Counted from the stretch's first letter, positions 9,448-17,903 are shown. The stretch: 26,985 nt of DNA from a virus (IMGVR_UViG_2579779007_000002); one strand, 5' to 3'. Notes: a model not told the origin generated them from the letters alone. Numbers and translations: made by a program.

Positions 9448-10930
9448 GGGTCAGCATGTCGATAAGTTCTGCATCATCCATCTGCGGATATAATGAAGCG
9501 GCTTTGTTCATGGCGGCTTCCGGGCCATCTTTCAGCACAGAAAAAATGACGGGTTTCAGCAGGGGGTCAACCGAACGCTGCCAGTCTTCCGGTGAGACGC
9601 CCATCCGGTCGATATCATCCTCCTGCGGGATATCTTCAGCGGATAATGCGGCCTCTTTCTGCGAACCGTTATCCGGGACAACCGGTTGTACAGTAAACAC
9701 GGCTTCATCACCGACCGGCTGTGGAATATGAAGTTTTTCCTGTATCCAGGAGACCGGAATACGCATTCCCGCCGCCAGTTTCGGAATGGCGTCAGACAGT
9801 GCCGTAATATCACCCGCTTCACTGGTATCAAATACAATGCCCGGCAGGCGGTTAATATCAATGGTGCTGTCACTGTTCAGTGCCAGCAGGGGATAAATCA
9901 GGTCACGGTTAATACTGCGGGCAAGCTGGCCCACATCCGCATTACGGATTTCCCGGCGAACCTCATCATGCACTTCACCCAGCGACCGCGCACCTTTATC
10001 GCCAGCCTCTGTGGTCAGGGTGCCGCCCAGAATGGCTTTTGAAATCGCTTTTTCTGCCCAGCCAATCATCGCCATAAAAGGGTCTGACTGACCATCTGCG
10101 GCGCTCTGAAAATCCAGCGTCATCCCCATCGGAATAATGCCACCGGCACGTCGCCCGATATCCATCACGGCCTGCATCAGCGTGGCTTTCTCGCGGTTCG
10201 TTGAGCCGGTCGGATATTTACCGACGCGCATGGGGAGTCCGTAAATTTCCAGAAACTCTGCAAAATCACGCACGGAATAGTTTTTAAAAATAAAAGGCCA
10301 GATAAGCGTGCGCACAAGGCCATTGGTGCCGACATACCCGGTGCGGGATTTGGCCCGGTGCATAAACCAGCCGAACGGTTGCAGCTCCAGCCCGTGATAA
10401 GACGCATCACGCAGGCGTAATTCGTTCAGATTGTCGGGGTTCGCGCAGAACAGCGCCGGATCGCGATGATGCAGCGCCACCGGCACGCGCATTTTCCCCA
10501 GCCAGCCCCATTCAATCTCCTGCATGGAATAACCCTTGAGAATGGCATCACCGGCATCAAACAGGGCATCTTCAAACCACGCCGCATCATGCAGATATTC
10601 ATTCAGCATGTCGGCGTCTTTTTTCTCCTGTGCGCTGGCATCACGTGCCGGAGCGATGCGCCATTCCAGCGCCTGAATGGCAAGGCGGCGCTTGCTCAGT
10701 TCGGAAAAAAGGTGGGTGTCCTTTTCTTCCATATCAAAGGCCAGGTCAGCCTGTGCTGTCAGATCACCGCGTTCGGCATCACGCAGCATCTGCGCGGCCC
10801 GGTTCGGCGTCACACCACTGGAAGGATGCTCCTGCGTGCGCTTCATGACCATTGCCAGCTCATCGCTGCGGGTCTGCATTTCATCGTCAAAATCAAACGG
10901 CTGCCCGGAAATATCCAGAATACGGCCCAT
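9392..10930 (-). CDS. H: portal protein
   Basis: 512 aa ORF immediately after the large terminase with a 1-nt overlap; size and position of Mu portal. Confidence 0.85.
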   Translation of the reverse strand: MGRILDISGQPFDFDDEMQTRSDELAMVMKRTQEHPSSGVTPNRAAQMLRDAERGDLTAQADLAFDMEEKDTHLFSELSKRRLAIQALEWRIAPARDASAQEKKDADMLNEYLHDAAWFEDALFDAGDAILKGYSMQEIEWGWLGKMRVPVALHHRDPALFCANPDNLNELRLRDASYHGLELQPFGWFMHRAKSRTGYVGTNGLVRTLIWPFIFKNYSVRDFAEFLEIYGLPMRVGKYPTGSTNREKATLMQAVMDIGRRAGGIIPMGMTLDFQSAADGQSDPFMAMIGWAEKAISKAILGGTLTTEAGDKGARSLGEVHDEVRREIRNADVGQLARSINRDLIYPLLALNSDSTIDINRLPGIVFDTSEAGDITALSDAIPKLAAGMRIPVSWIQEKLHIPQPVGDEAVFTVQPVVPDNGSQKEAALSAEDIPQEDDIDRMGVSPEDWQRSVDPLLKPVIFSVLKDGPEAAMNKAASLYPQMDDAELIDMLTRAIFVADIWGRLDAAADH

Positions 10931-12585
10931 TACCAGCCCCCTCGTTCAAACTGGTGATAATCATCAAAATCATCGTTATCAACATCATCACCACGGTGGC
11001 GTGGTGGCAGCGCCTGTATGCTGTCCTCGTCGATAACAAAACCATTCATATAAGACGCCCTGACAGCCATACAGAGCGCCACGGCAAAGTCGCCATGTCG
11101 TCGGCCTTTACCGCTTTCATCTTTTGTGCGCCCCTTATCAATCTGCGGGATCCCCTTATCCACCTTGATATGAAGCAGGTCATCGAGTGTGGTCTGATGC
11201 CGGGCAATCGTGATGTTCTGCGCTTCAAACTCGCCTTTCAGTTTCGGCATCCACTCCTGATACCAGGCGGCGGTCAGACTGATGCAGTCGATCATCTCCG
11301 GGCCATAAATCAGACGGGCGGCTTCTGCCAGATAACCGCCGTTACCGGTGGCATCAAATGCAGCGCCGGTAAAACGGGGCAAACGGGACAGAATGAATAA
11401 AAGGATTTGTCGCTGCTGGTCATAGGTCACATTACGCAGCTCCACGCGGAAACATTCGCGTTTGCGTAAGTCAGGAGTGATGGCAAGCGGCACAAACACT
11501 GTCAGGTCGCCACGGCGTGCAAAGTCTTCGCCCAGTACGTGTTTATTGAGCGGCGACAGCGCATCGAGCAACGGGAGCAGCTCCTGTTCACACCAGTCCT
11601 GAACGATGCCGTGGCGCATTTGTGGTGTCAGCGACTCAAAATCGTCCGGGGCTTCAAAACGCAGAATCGGGATATCCCGCGCTGGCGTCATGGCGGCTTC
11701 AATCAGCACGCGTGACAGATAAGCGCCCCCGGATTTTTTAGGAATGCAGCCGTATTCCTCGTCGGCACTCTCTTTATTCGGCGCATTACGGTACAGGCCA
11801 TCACGCCAGGCTTTTTCCGCTTCCGGCGACCACGACTGATTCGTGACGTAACAGATACGCCGGTACAGTCCGTCAGCGATGGCATCATCCAGCGTGATGC
11901 GGTGAACGCTGTAATCCTTGCGCCCCTCGCGCGCATCCTGAATGTACTGGTTAAACAGGTTATCGACGCCGTTATGTGTCGATATGATCCGCACGCGGGC
12001 ACCCCACATGGTGAGCGCAAAAGCCGCTTTCAGGAGTTCGTCCAGGGCTTCATGAAATGCCGCCTCATCAATCACCACGTCCCCCTGCAAACCACGCAGG
12101 TTAGACGGACGGCTTGACAGCGCCTGCACCTTAAATCCGCTGTTCGGAAAGCGGATCATGTAGGTGAGGATTTCTTCTTTTTTGTCGCTGTCCCAGAAGG
12201 TCTGCTCCCATACGTCAGCCTTTGCCAGCTGGTTAAAGGCGCGGGCAAACAGGGCACAGGCGGCAATGTATTCCAGCGCCATTTCCTGACGAGAACCCAC
12301 ATAAAAGACGTTGCGACCACCGCGACGCCTCGGCTTTGCGGCCGTCATGACATTGCGGCCCGCTTCGGCCCATGTCAGACCGGTACGACGGGATTTTTCA
12401 GCGATGCAAATCTGGCTTTCATCCTCAAACCAGCGGCGCTGATAGCCCAGAAAAACCGGTTCATTGCGGGGCTGTGCTTCCCCGATATCGGTCACGATAT
12501 TCACGCCGAGCAGTCCGGCTTCCTCACGCAGGTTGATTTTGCGGGGCGCATGAAGGGCTTTAAGTTTGCTTTCTCTGGTGCTCAC
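10930..12585 (-). CDS. E: terminase large subunit
   Basis: 551 aa ORF followed by portal. Start is GTG at 12585 (in-frame TGA 8 codons upstream, no in-frame ATG nearby). Confidence 0.85.
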   Translation of the reverse strand: MSTRESKLKALHAPRKINLREEAGLLGVNIVTDIGEAQPRNEPVFLGYQRRWFEDESQICIAEKSRRTGLTWAEAGRNVMTAAKPRRRGGRNVFYVGSRQEMALEYIAACALFARAFNQLAKADVWEQTFWDSDKKEEILTYMIRFPNSGFKVQALSSRPSNLRGLQGDVVIDEAAFHEALDELLKAAFALTMWGARVRIISTHNGVDNLFNQYIQDAREGRKDYSVHRITLDDAIADGLYRRICYVTNQSWSPEAEKAWRDGLYRNAPNKESADEEYGCIPKKSGGAYLSRVLIEAAMTPARDIPILRFEAPDDFESLTPQMRHGIVQDWCEQELLPLLDALSPLNKHVLGEDFARRGDLTVFVPLAITPDLRKRECFRVELRNVTYDQQRQILLFILSRLPRFTGAAFDATGNGGYLAEAARLIYGPEMIDCISLTAAWYQEWMPKLKGEFEAQNITIARHQTTLDDLLHIKVDKGIPQIDKGRTKDESGKGRRHGDFAVALCMAVRASYMNGFVIDEDSIQALPPRHRGDDVDNDDFDDYHQFERGGW

Positions 12586-12640
12586 GGGTGAAAAATCCGG
12601 TATAAATTTTCAGGCATTAATCAGTAAAAAAGAGGTTTTT

Positions 12641-12835
12641 ATGAAAGAGAAACTGACCATTGATCAAAAAATCGAAATTGCCCGGATAGCCGTGCAAATG
12701 TTTGAATCCACCCGGGCAAAAGGCGTTTCACTTGAGATCTCCTGTTCAGGAAAAGCATCAGTGGAAGAAAACACATTTAATGCTTTCTACAAAATTGTTG
12801 AAAAAACCGTTATCGGTGAACCTGAGAATAACTGA
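12641..12835 (+). CDS. small hypothetical protein, 64 aa, in AT-rich insert
   Basis: ATG at 12641 preceded by AAGAGG with 5-nt spacer; TATAAA box at 12601-12606; stop followed by GGCCCG/CGGGCC stem at 12842-12860. Product MKEKLTIDQKIEIARIAVQMFE... not recognised. Confidence 0.45.
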   Translation: MKEKLTIDQKIEIARIAVQMFESTRAKGVSLEISCSGKASVEENTFNAFYKIVEKTVIGEPENN

Positions 12836-13013
12836 TCACCTGGCCCGCTGTAGCCGGGCCATCCACCAGTTGCATAACCAGATACAGGGCCTCGGCCATA
12901 ATTCGTGGATGGACTTCCGGATCCTCATCAATCTGTTTTTTCACAACGGGCCACAGTGCCATTGCCAGTTCTGTTGAGGTCTTGTATTTAGTTTTTTCAT
13001 CCGCCATTTTCAT
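12810..13013 (-). CDS. small hypothetical protein, 65-67 aa, in AT-rich insert
   Basis: GAGGAG Shine-Dalgarno directly upstream; ATG at 13013 and again at 13007 (better spacing). Its 3' end overlaps the convergent plus-strand ORF by 26 bp. Confidence 0.45.
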   Translation of the reverse strand: MKMADEKTKYKTSTELAMALWPVVKKQIDEDPEVHPRIMAEALYLVMQLVDGPATAGQVISYSQVHR

Positions 13014-13017
13014 CTCC

Positions 13018-13188
13018 TCAGGACAAAGTCCTTAGTTGTTTTATGGTCGTATGCCATGAATTGCCTGAAGCCATAGCCTGAACAAGCACATCCCGAATCT
13101 GGTGTATCAACCGGACATCAGACAATGTTGCAATCCTGAAGGCTTTTTTATGGGCACTGATTAGCTGTGCTTTGTAATTATTTTTCAT
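13018..13188 (-). CDS. small hypothetical protein, 56 aa, in AT-rich insert
   Basis: Internal ATG of track ORF 13018..13383, located 11 nt after the stop of the D-like gene. Stop codon overlaps the Shine-Dalgarno of the next ORF (translational coupling). No own Shine-Dalgarno. Confidence 0.35.
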   Translation of the reverse strand: MKNNYKAQLISAHKKAFRIATLSDVRLIHQIRDVLVQAMASGNSWHTTIKQLRTLS

Positions 13189-13198
13189 AACGTAACGC

Positions 13199-13789
13199 CT
13201 ACGCTTTCCCCAGCAGTACATCACGGATGCGCTGCTCCAGTTCTTCGCTGATGCCATCCTGCCCGCGCAGTTCTTCACTGACGGCGTTTGCCGCTTCTTC
13301 TGCGAACGCCTGGCGGATTTCTTTCTCGCGCCGGTGGCTGGACATTGCTGTGGATTCCAGACGCTGTGCCGCCAGCATGGCATTTTTCAGCAGGTCAATA
13401 TCCACGTCAGATTCCGGGTTTTCGATTTGCCGCATCATGGCCTTAAAAAGCTGGCTGCGGGCCATTTCCAGAATCAGCTTTGTGGTTTCGCCCATTGGCT
13501 TGTCGCCAAGCTCTGCGGTCAGTGCTGACGTCATTTCACGCATCTGTCGCAGGTTATGGCCTACCTGCTCGACGTTCGTCGCGTAACGGTTCAGACCGGA
13601 ACGGGAGAGTTTCATCTCATCCGGCAGGCCAGCGTCTTCAATCAGTGCGTTAATTTCTTCAAGAATACGGGCCTGTGGGATCGCCTTATCACGCAGCATT
13701 TCATGCAGCGTTTTACGTACGTTTTCCGGCAGTAAATCCACTTTTGAAGCCCGTCCCCGTGTTTTCCTGTCCATCACGCCTCCTGTCAT
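13199..13789 (-). CDS. D: terminase small subunit-like DNA-binding protein (Mu gp27 position)
   Basis: 196 aa ORF (start possibly internal Met 6) in the slot preceding large terminase in Mu. Confidence 0.6.
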   Translation of the reverse strand: MTGGVMDRKTRGRASKVDLLPENVRKTLHEMLRDKAIPQARILEEINALIEDAGLPDEMKLSRSGLNRYATNVEQVGHNLRQMREMTSALTAELGDKPMGETTKLILEMARSQLFKAMMRQIENPESDVDIDLLKNAMLAAQRLESTAMSSHRREKEIRQAFAEEAANAVSEELRGQDGISEELEQRIRDVLLGKA

Positions 13790-14076
13790 GCACGGGGACG
13801 CGGACGCTTGACACCGGCAATGCGGGCACGGCCTTCCGCCACATCCTGACCACGGGAGGTCAGCGTTACGACATAAAAGCCGCGCAGGTTTTCCACGGTG
13901 ACCAGTTGCTGCTCTGCCAGCCAGTCAATCTGGCCGCGAACCACATCACGGGAAACGTTGTGTCCGTATGCATCCAGACAGTCCTGAAGGATGGATTCGT
14001 TGGCTTCGTTATTGCAGTCCATCAGGGAACGCAGGATGACCAGACGACGGTCTTCGGTCAGAATATCGTTAATCAT
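13786..14076 (-). CDS. hypothetical protein (Mu gp26 position)
   Basis: 96 aa ORF with 4-nt overlaps to both neighbours. Confidence 0.5.
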   Translation of the reverse strand: MINDILTEDRRLVILRSLMDCNNEANESILQDCLDAYGHNVSRDVVRGQIDWLAEQQLVTVENLRGFYVVTLTSRGQDVAEGRARIAGVKRPRPRA

Positions 14077-14393
14077 GAATTACTCCGGTTTACTGCGTTT
14101 TCAAGCAGCAGCTCCAGTTGATGGGAAAATGACTGCACCCGCTGGGACAGCACCCGGATATCGCCGGACAGCTCTGCAATTCGCAGGCGCATTTCGTGTA
14201 CATCTTCTGTGCCAGGGATGCTGGCGTAGCGGGTTTCCATTTCGGTCATCCGGTTTTCAAGACGCTCCACACGCTCGGTGCTGGCAAAACTACGACGCAT
14301 CGCCCAGACGGCCCCACCGGCGGCGACAGGCAACAGGTACAACAGGTAAGGCCATAACGCTAAAACTGAATCCATTATTCTGCTCCACGGCAC
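14073..14393 (-). CDS. small membrane protein with N-terminal transmembrane helix; possible lysis accessory factor
   Basis: 106 aa; hydrophobic segment VLALWPYLLYLLPVAAGGAVWAM followed by charged coiled-coil-like tail; lies in the lysis cassette. Confidence 0.5.
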   Translation of the reverse strand: MPWSRIMDSVLALWPYLLYLLPVAAGGAVWAMRRSFASTERVERLENRMTEMETRYASIPGTEDVHEMRLRIAELSGDIRVLSQRVQSFSHQLELLLENAVNRSNS

Positions 14394-14569
14394 CAGTGGC
14401 AGTAGTTCGCCATCGGCTGCTGTCTCAGCACATCAGGCCGCAGCTCACGACCGCAACCGGCGCACAATACAGGCGGGTCATACGCCGCCGGACGGGGAAT
14501 ATCACGGGTATTCCCCTGCCAGAGTTCAGCGAGCAGCAGCGCCACCGCCCGGTTCTGGTCTTCGTTCAT
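14375..14569 (-). CDS. TraR/DksA-type C4 zinc-finger protein
   Basis: 64 aa with CAGC-x17-CHWC, matching the CxxC-x17-CxxC spacing of the TraR/DksA zinc finger. Confidence 0.5.
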   Translation of the reverse strand: MNEDQNRAVALLLAELWQGNTRDIPRPAAYDPPVLCAGCGRELRPDVLRQQPMANYCHWCRGAE

Positions 14570-14867
14570 AAATTTCTTTCCTCCGGGTCTCCTGTTCCCG
14601 GACTGATGCCTTGTCGCGGTTGCACTGCCCGAGCGCCATCAGCAGGTCAGCATTCCAGAGCAGGGATGCTCCCCACGTCAGGGGCTGTGGCATGGGCGGA
14701 ACGGGCGTTGCTTCCGTCAGTTCTGCATCAGTTTCGGGCAGGATCACCACCGATGGCACGGGTGCGTTTTTCGAGTTCCCGCAACCTGTCAGCAGCAACG
14801 GCAGGCACAGGACGAGTGCTGCAATTGTCACCGGTAATGGCGGTTGTAATTTTTTCTTTTGCATCAT
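14526..14867 (-). CDS. outer-membrane spanin lipoprotein (o-spanin)
   Basis: Start taken at the MM pair (14867/14864) inside track ORF 14526..14912: MMQKKK + hydrophobic core + lipobox LLTGC. Overlaps the i-spanin gene in another frame. Confidence 0.6.
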   Translation of the reverse strand: MMQKKKLQPPLPVTIAALVLCLPLLLTGCGNSKNAPVPSVVILPETDAELTEATPVPPMPQPLTWGASLLWNADLLMALGQCNRDKASVREQETRRKEIYERRPEPGGGAAAR

Positions 14868-15114
14868 GATGTTCTGTCTCATCTGCCAGCCGTGCGGCAC
14901 GATTTGCGGCACGGATAGCGGAAAATACCTGCATCATCTGTTCCTGACCGTGTAACAACCATTCAGCAGTGTGGCGGGCCTGTTGCTCCGTCTGTAATTT
15001 ACGGCGCAGCGTCTGGTTATCGTGGCGGGTGCTGTCCAGCCTGTGCCACAACACCCCGGACAGAACGGCGGCAAACACGGCTGCCAGAAGTAAACTTTTA
15101 CTGGCGAAGGTCAT
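14728..15114 (-). CDS. inner-membrane spanin (i-spanin)
   Basis: 128 aa with N-terminal transmembrane helix (LLLAAVFAAVLSGVLW) and charged periplasmic helical domain; immediately after endolysin. Confidence 0.6.
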   Translation of the reverse strand: MTFASKSLLLAAVFAAVLSGVLWHRLDSTRHDNQTLRRKLQTEQQARHTAEWLLHGQEQMMQVFSAIRAANRAARLADETEHHDAKEKITTAITGDNCSTRPVPAVAADRLRELEKRTRAIGGDPARN

Positions 15115-15616
15115 CCGCCCCCCTGATATTCCAGATTGCCATTTCCACTTCGCGACGGTTCATCAGTCCTTTCCATTTATGGCCTGCGGCAAACACCCAG
15201 CGGGCCATCTGGTCACGCGCTCCGGCGTAATCACCGGCATTGAGTTTTTTCAGCAGCGTTGATTTACTGAATGCGGTAACACCGGTGTTGAAAATAAACG
15301 TTGCCAGCGCCGTTTTCTGATATGGCGTCAGCGGCACCCTGACAAGACGATCGATTGCCGCATAAACCGGTTTTAAATCACTGTCGAGGAGAGCCATACA
15401 CTCCGCATGGCTGTAACGGCGCATTTCGATATCCGGCCCGGTATGTCCCACACAGACCGTAAGCACACCGGCAATATCGCGGTAAGGCATATAAGCGATA
15501 TTTTCCAGATGGATCAGAGAATGACGGGTCATTTCCTGATAACCACCCACACCGCCACCGGCAATCGTTGCCGCCAGCAGTGCGGCTTTCAGTTTTTTTG
15601 GTATCCCCGCCATCAT
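15098..15616 (-). CDS. lys: endolysin (phage lysozyme, SAR-type N-terminus)
   Basis: 172 aa; N-terminal weakly hydrophobic Gly/Ala-rich segment (KLKAALLAATIAGGGVGG) typical of signal-anchor-release endolysins; first gene after C, as lys in Mu. Confidence 0.85.
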   Translation of the reverse strand: MMAGIPKKLKAALLAATIAGGGVGGYQEMTRHSLIHLENIAYMPYRDIAGVLTVCVGHTGPDIEMRRYSHAECMALLDSDLKPVYAAIDRLVRVPLTPYQKTALATFIFNTGVTAFSKSTLLKKLNAGDYAGARDQMARWVFAAGHKWKGLMNRREVEMAIWNIRGADDLRQ

Positions 15617-15714
15617 GCTTCCCTGAAAAAATGCTCTGATGGCAGTCTAAAAAATCAGATGGCAGGTGCGGGATTATGGTGACAGGAAATAACCGGCAGG
15701 ATGCCGGTTATTTC
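15617..15714 (-). promoter_or_regulatory. late promoter region for lys with perfect 13-bp inverted repeat
   Basis: GAAATAACCGGCA-gga-TGCCGGTTATTTC at 15686-15714 straddles the C stop codon, about 70-100 bp upstream of the lys start. Confidence 0.45.
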
Positions 15715-16130
15715 TGGCTTTCAGGTGAGAACAGATCAGGCTGATGACGTCGTGTATGCAGCTTTCTCTGGCGGGCAATAATCTGGTAGATCTGCGGCTG
15801 GGACAGGCGGTACTGGCGACGCAGTTCTTCCATGTTACGACCATTGAACTGGCAGTAAAGCAAATCGTCGCGTAACGCGGTCAGGATAGTATCGCCGCAG
15901 GGGATGTAAAACTGCCGCCCCCCCAGAAAACAGGACAGGGCAACGGCCTGTTTACGGGCAAGCTCACGGGGATTGCTGACGTTCTGGCGTTTCAGTTCGT
16001 TTTCCAGAACATCAATCAGATCAACCACTGAACGGGGCCAGCGTGATTCCAGTTCCGGGGCCGGGATGTTATCAATATGCCCGATTAACTGGCGAATTGC
16101 CGGATCGTGTTCAAATAAATCATGCTGCAT
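15708..16130 (-). CDS. C: late transcription activator C (Mor/C family)
   Basis: 140 aa, same length as Mu C; shares the FxGRN..EL motif region with the Mor paralogue upstream. Confidence 0.85.
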   Translation of the reverse strand: MQHDLFEHDPAIRQLIGHIDNIPAPELESRWPRSVVDLIDVLENELKRQNVSNPRELARKQAVALSCFLGGRQFYIPCGDTILTALRDDLLYCQFNGRNMEELRRQYRLSQPQIYQIIARQRKLHTRRHQPDLFSPESQK

Positions 16131-16520
16131 ATTTTCCCCCGGTTAACAGACAAAAAGATACACCACGGCACTGATGGTTATCAGAACCACAAGGGCAATC
16201 ACTTTTATCGCATTAATCAGCGTGGACGGCCCGAAACATTCATCACTGAATTTTCTGTACACAATATTTTTCCTTATAACGTTGACAGTGGTGAAGAATT
16301 TCCGGCATATCAACTGACTGCCAGCCTTTCATGTAATAACTGCCGTGGGTGCCATCATGACCGGTATAGTCGCGGGGCGAAGGCCGAGGCCCACCGGCGA
16401 CACGGTGCAAAACCTCCTGACGCAGCCGCTCACGTCTGCCAAGATGAAAGGATGCATTCCAGCCTTTACCCATGATGATTTCCCCCGGTACGGTTATTCA
16501 TCACAGGATATTGAGGACGT
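16131..16520 (-). promoter_or_regulatory. mor-C intergenic region: expected Mor-dependent middle promoter and leader
   Basis: 390 bp without a convincing protein-like ORF, between the early terminator and C. Confidence 0.35.
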
Positions 16521-16545
16521 AAAAAAAGCCGGATTAACCGGCTTT
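16521..16545 (-). terminator. rho-independent terminator of the early transcript
   Basis: Minus-strand AAAGCCGG-uuaau-CCGGCUUU stem-loop followed by a run of 7 U, starting 6 nt after the mor stop codon. Confidence 0.65.
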
Positions 16546-16550
16546 ACTGT

Positions 16551-16940
16551 TTACAGAAGTGAGGGCTGGTACTGGCGGTATTTCAGCCGTCGCATCCGGC
16601 GAATGGCCTTGTAAACCGTATTGAAAGTGACACCATAACGGGTGGTCAGTTCGCTGACGTTGCGACCGTTAAAATCATTCCAGATACGCAAATCCCGAAT
16701 CAGCGAGTCCAGAACCTGACCGCGTGGAATGTAGACCTGACCGCCACCCAGATGCTTACAGATAGCCACAACAATCTCCAGTGAATGGGCAGGATCAACA
16801 CCCAGCCGGGACAACTCCCCGCGCAGTAAATCGTTCAGCTCCGCCAGCAGTGCCGGAAAGCGTGACGCATCCTCTGCGGGATTGTCAAGATGTGCCAGGA
16901 TGGTGTCATCCTGCAAATCACCAAATAAATCTTCCGTCAT
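16551..16940 (-). CDS. mor: middle operon regulator Mor
   Basis: 129 aa, same length as Mu Mor; paralogous to C (shared FNGRN motif). Confidence 0.85.
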   Translation of the reverse strand: MTEDLFGDLQDDTILAHLDNPAEDASRFPALLAELNDLLRGELSRLGVDPAHSLEIVVAICKHLGGGQVYIPRGQVLDSLIRDLRIWNDFNGRNVSELTTRYGVTFNTVYKAIRRMRRLKYRQYQPSLL

Positions 16941-17569
16941 TGTGCCATCCTCCGTGTCTTTCTGGCATGGGCATAAGCCGCCGTCATGGCATCATAGCCG
17001 CGCAGTTCACGCCCGGACGGACTGACCGGCAACGGAAGCCCGTGACGGGAAAAGGCTTCACGAATACAGCGGATATGCCACTGCTTGAGAGTTTCGAGAA
17101 CAATCAACAGGGTGTCGCCATGACACCACGCCAGCGTGGAAACACCCTGTCCGCCATTACGTTTCGCCGTCAGGCGCTGAACATATTTATCCAGCGCCAC
17201 ATCACCGCCATCGGTAATAAAACCGTCTTCTGCCATCTGCTGCCAGACTTTGTATACCTTCTCGCGGGGCGTGACATGCCCCTTAAAGCGGCGACGTGGA
17301 TGTTTATTCAGCTTCTTAAAGCCGCGTTCTTTCATGGCATCGAGCACCTGTTCCAGTTGCGTTACCGTCAGCTCGCGGCAACTGATTTTGCCCGTTTTCT
17401 GCATCAGAAAAGCGCGGTAAGTATCGTCGTCGAGTTGTAGATCACGACGGGCGACATGGATTAATTTAATCAGGGATGTGCGACTCATGATCATACCTTT
17501 AAAAAGCGGTGCTACCACACCGCTTGTATCGCTGAAACACTTTCCGGTCATATCGGCCAGATTAGTCAT
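16937..17569 (-). CDS. gemA: GemA-like early regulatory protein
   Basis: Position immediately upstream of mor; true start probably the internal Met at 17494 or 17488, giving about 183-185 aa. Confidence 0.55.
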   Translation of the reverse strand: MTNLADMTGKCFSDTSGVVAPLFKGMIMSRTSLIKLIHVARRDLQLDDDTYRAFLMQKTGKISCRELTVTQLEQVLDAMKERGFKKLNKHPRRRFKGHVTPREKVYKVWQQMAEDGFITDGGDVALDKYVQRLTAKRNGGQGVSTLAWCHGDTLLIVLETLKQWHIRCIREAFSRHGLPLPVSPSGRELRGYDAMTAAYAHARKTRRMAQ

Positions 17570-17903
17570 TCCAATACTCTAGCTCAGTTCTGATTTCTTC
17601 ATCGATCTCATCATTTGTGACTTCTTCATCCAGATAGTCGCGGGCCTCTTTACAATACTTTTCTCGGCATGTTGCATACCAGTTAGAAAACTCCGGTGAC
17701 CAGCCTGTGTCCTTGCCGTCGTAATCAAACCTGGCGTTTTTCTCAGCCATGCTTTCAACCATGTTTTCAGCCGTAATAAGCCCTAATTCACGCACCCCAC
17801 GCAAAAAACTTTTACGCATGTGAGGGCTAACTTTTGAATCACAAACAGGCTTAAATCTGACTTCCCAACGGCGAATACAACGTGCATTAAGTGATTTGCT
17901 CAT
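17562..17903 (-). CDS. hypothetical early protein, acidic C-terminus
   Basis: 113 aa ORF in early accessory block; no recognised motif. Confidence 0.45.
   Translation of the reverse strand: MSKSLNARCIRRWEVRFKPVCDSKVSPHMRKSFLRGVRELGLITAENMVESMAEKNARFDYDGKDTGWSPEFSNWYATCREKYCKEARDYLDEEVTNDEIDEEIRTELEYWND

Noticed and set aside
13189-13383. N-terminal 65 codons of track ORF 13018..13383
   Set aside because: This part overlaps the 3' end of the D-like gene in another frame; only the portion after the internal ATG at 13188 lies in non-coding space and is kept as a candidate.
16243-16473. 76-aa minus-strand ORF in the mor-C interval
   Set aside because: Composition (MGKGWNASFHLGRRERLRQ...) looks non-protein-like and it sits where the middle promoter and leader are expected; no Shine-Dalgarno noted.
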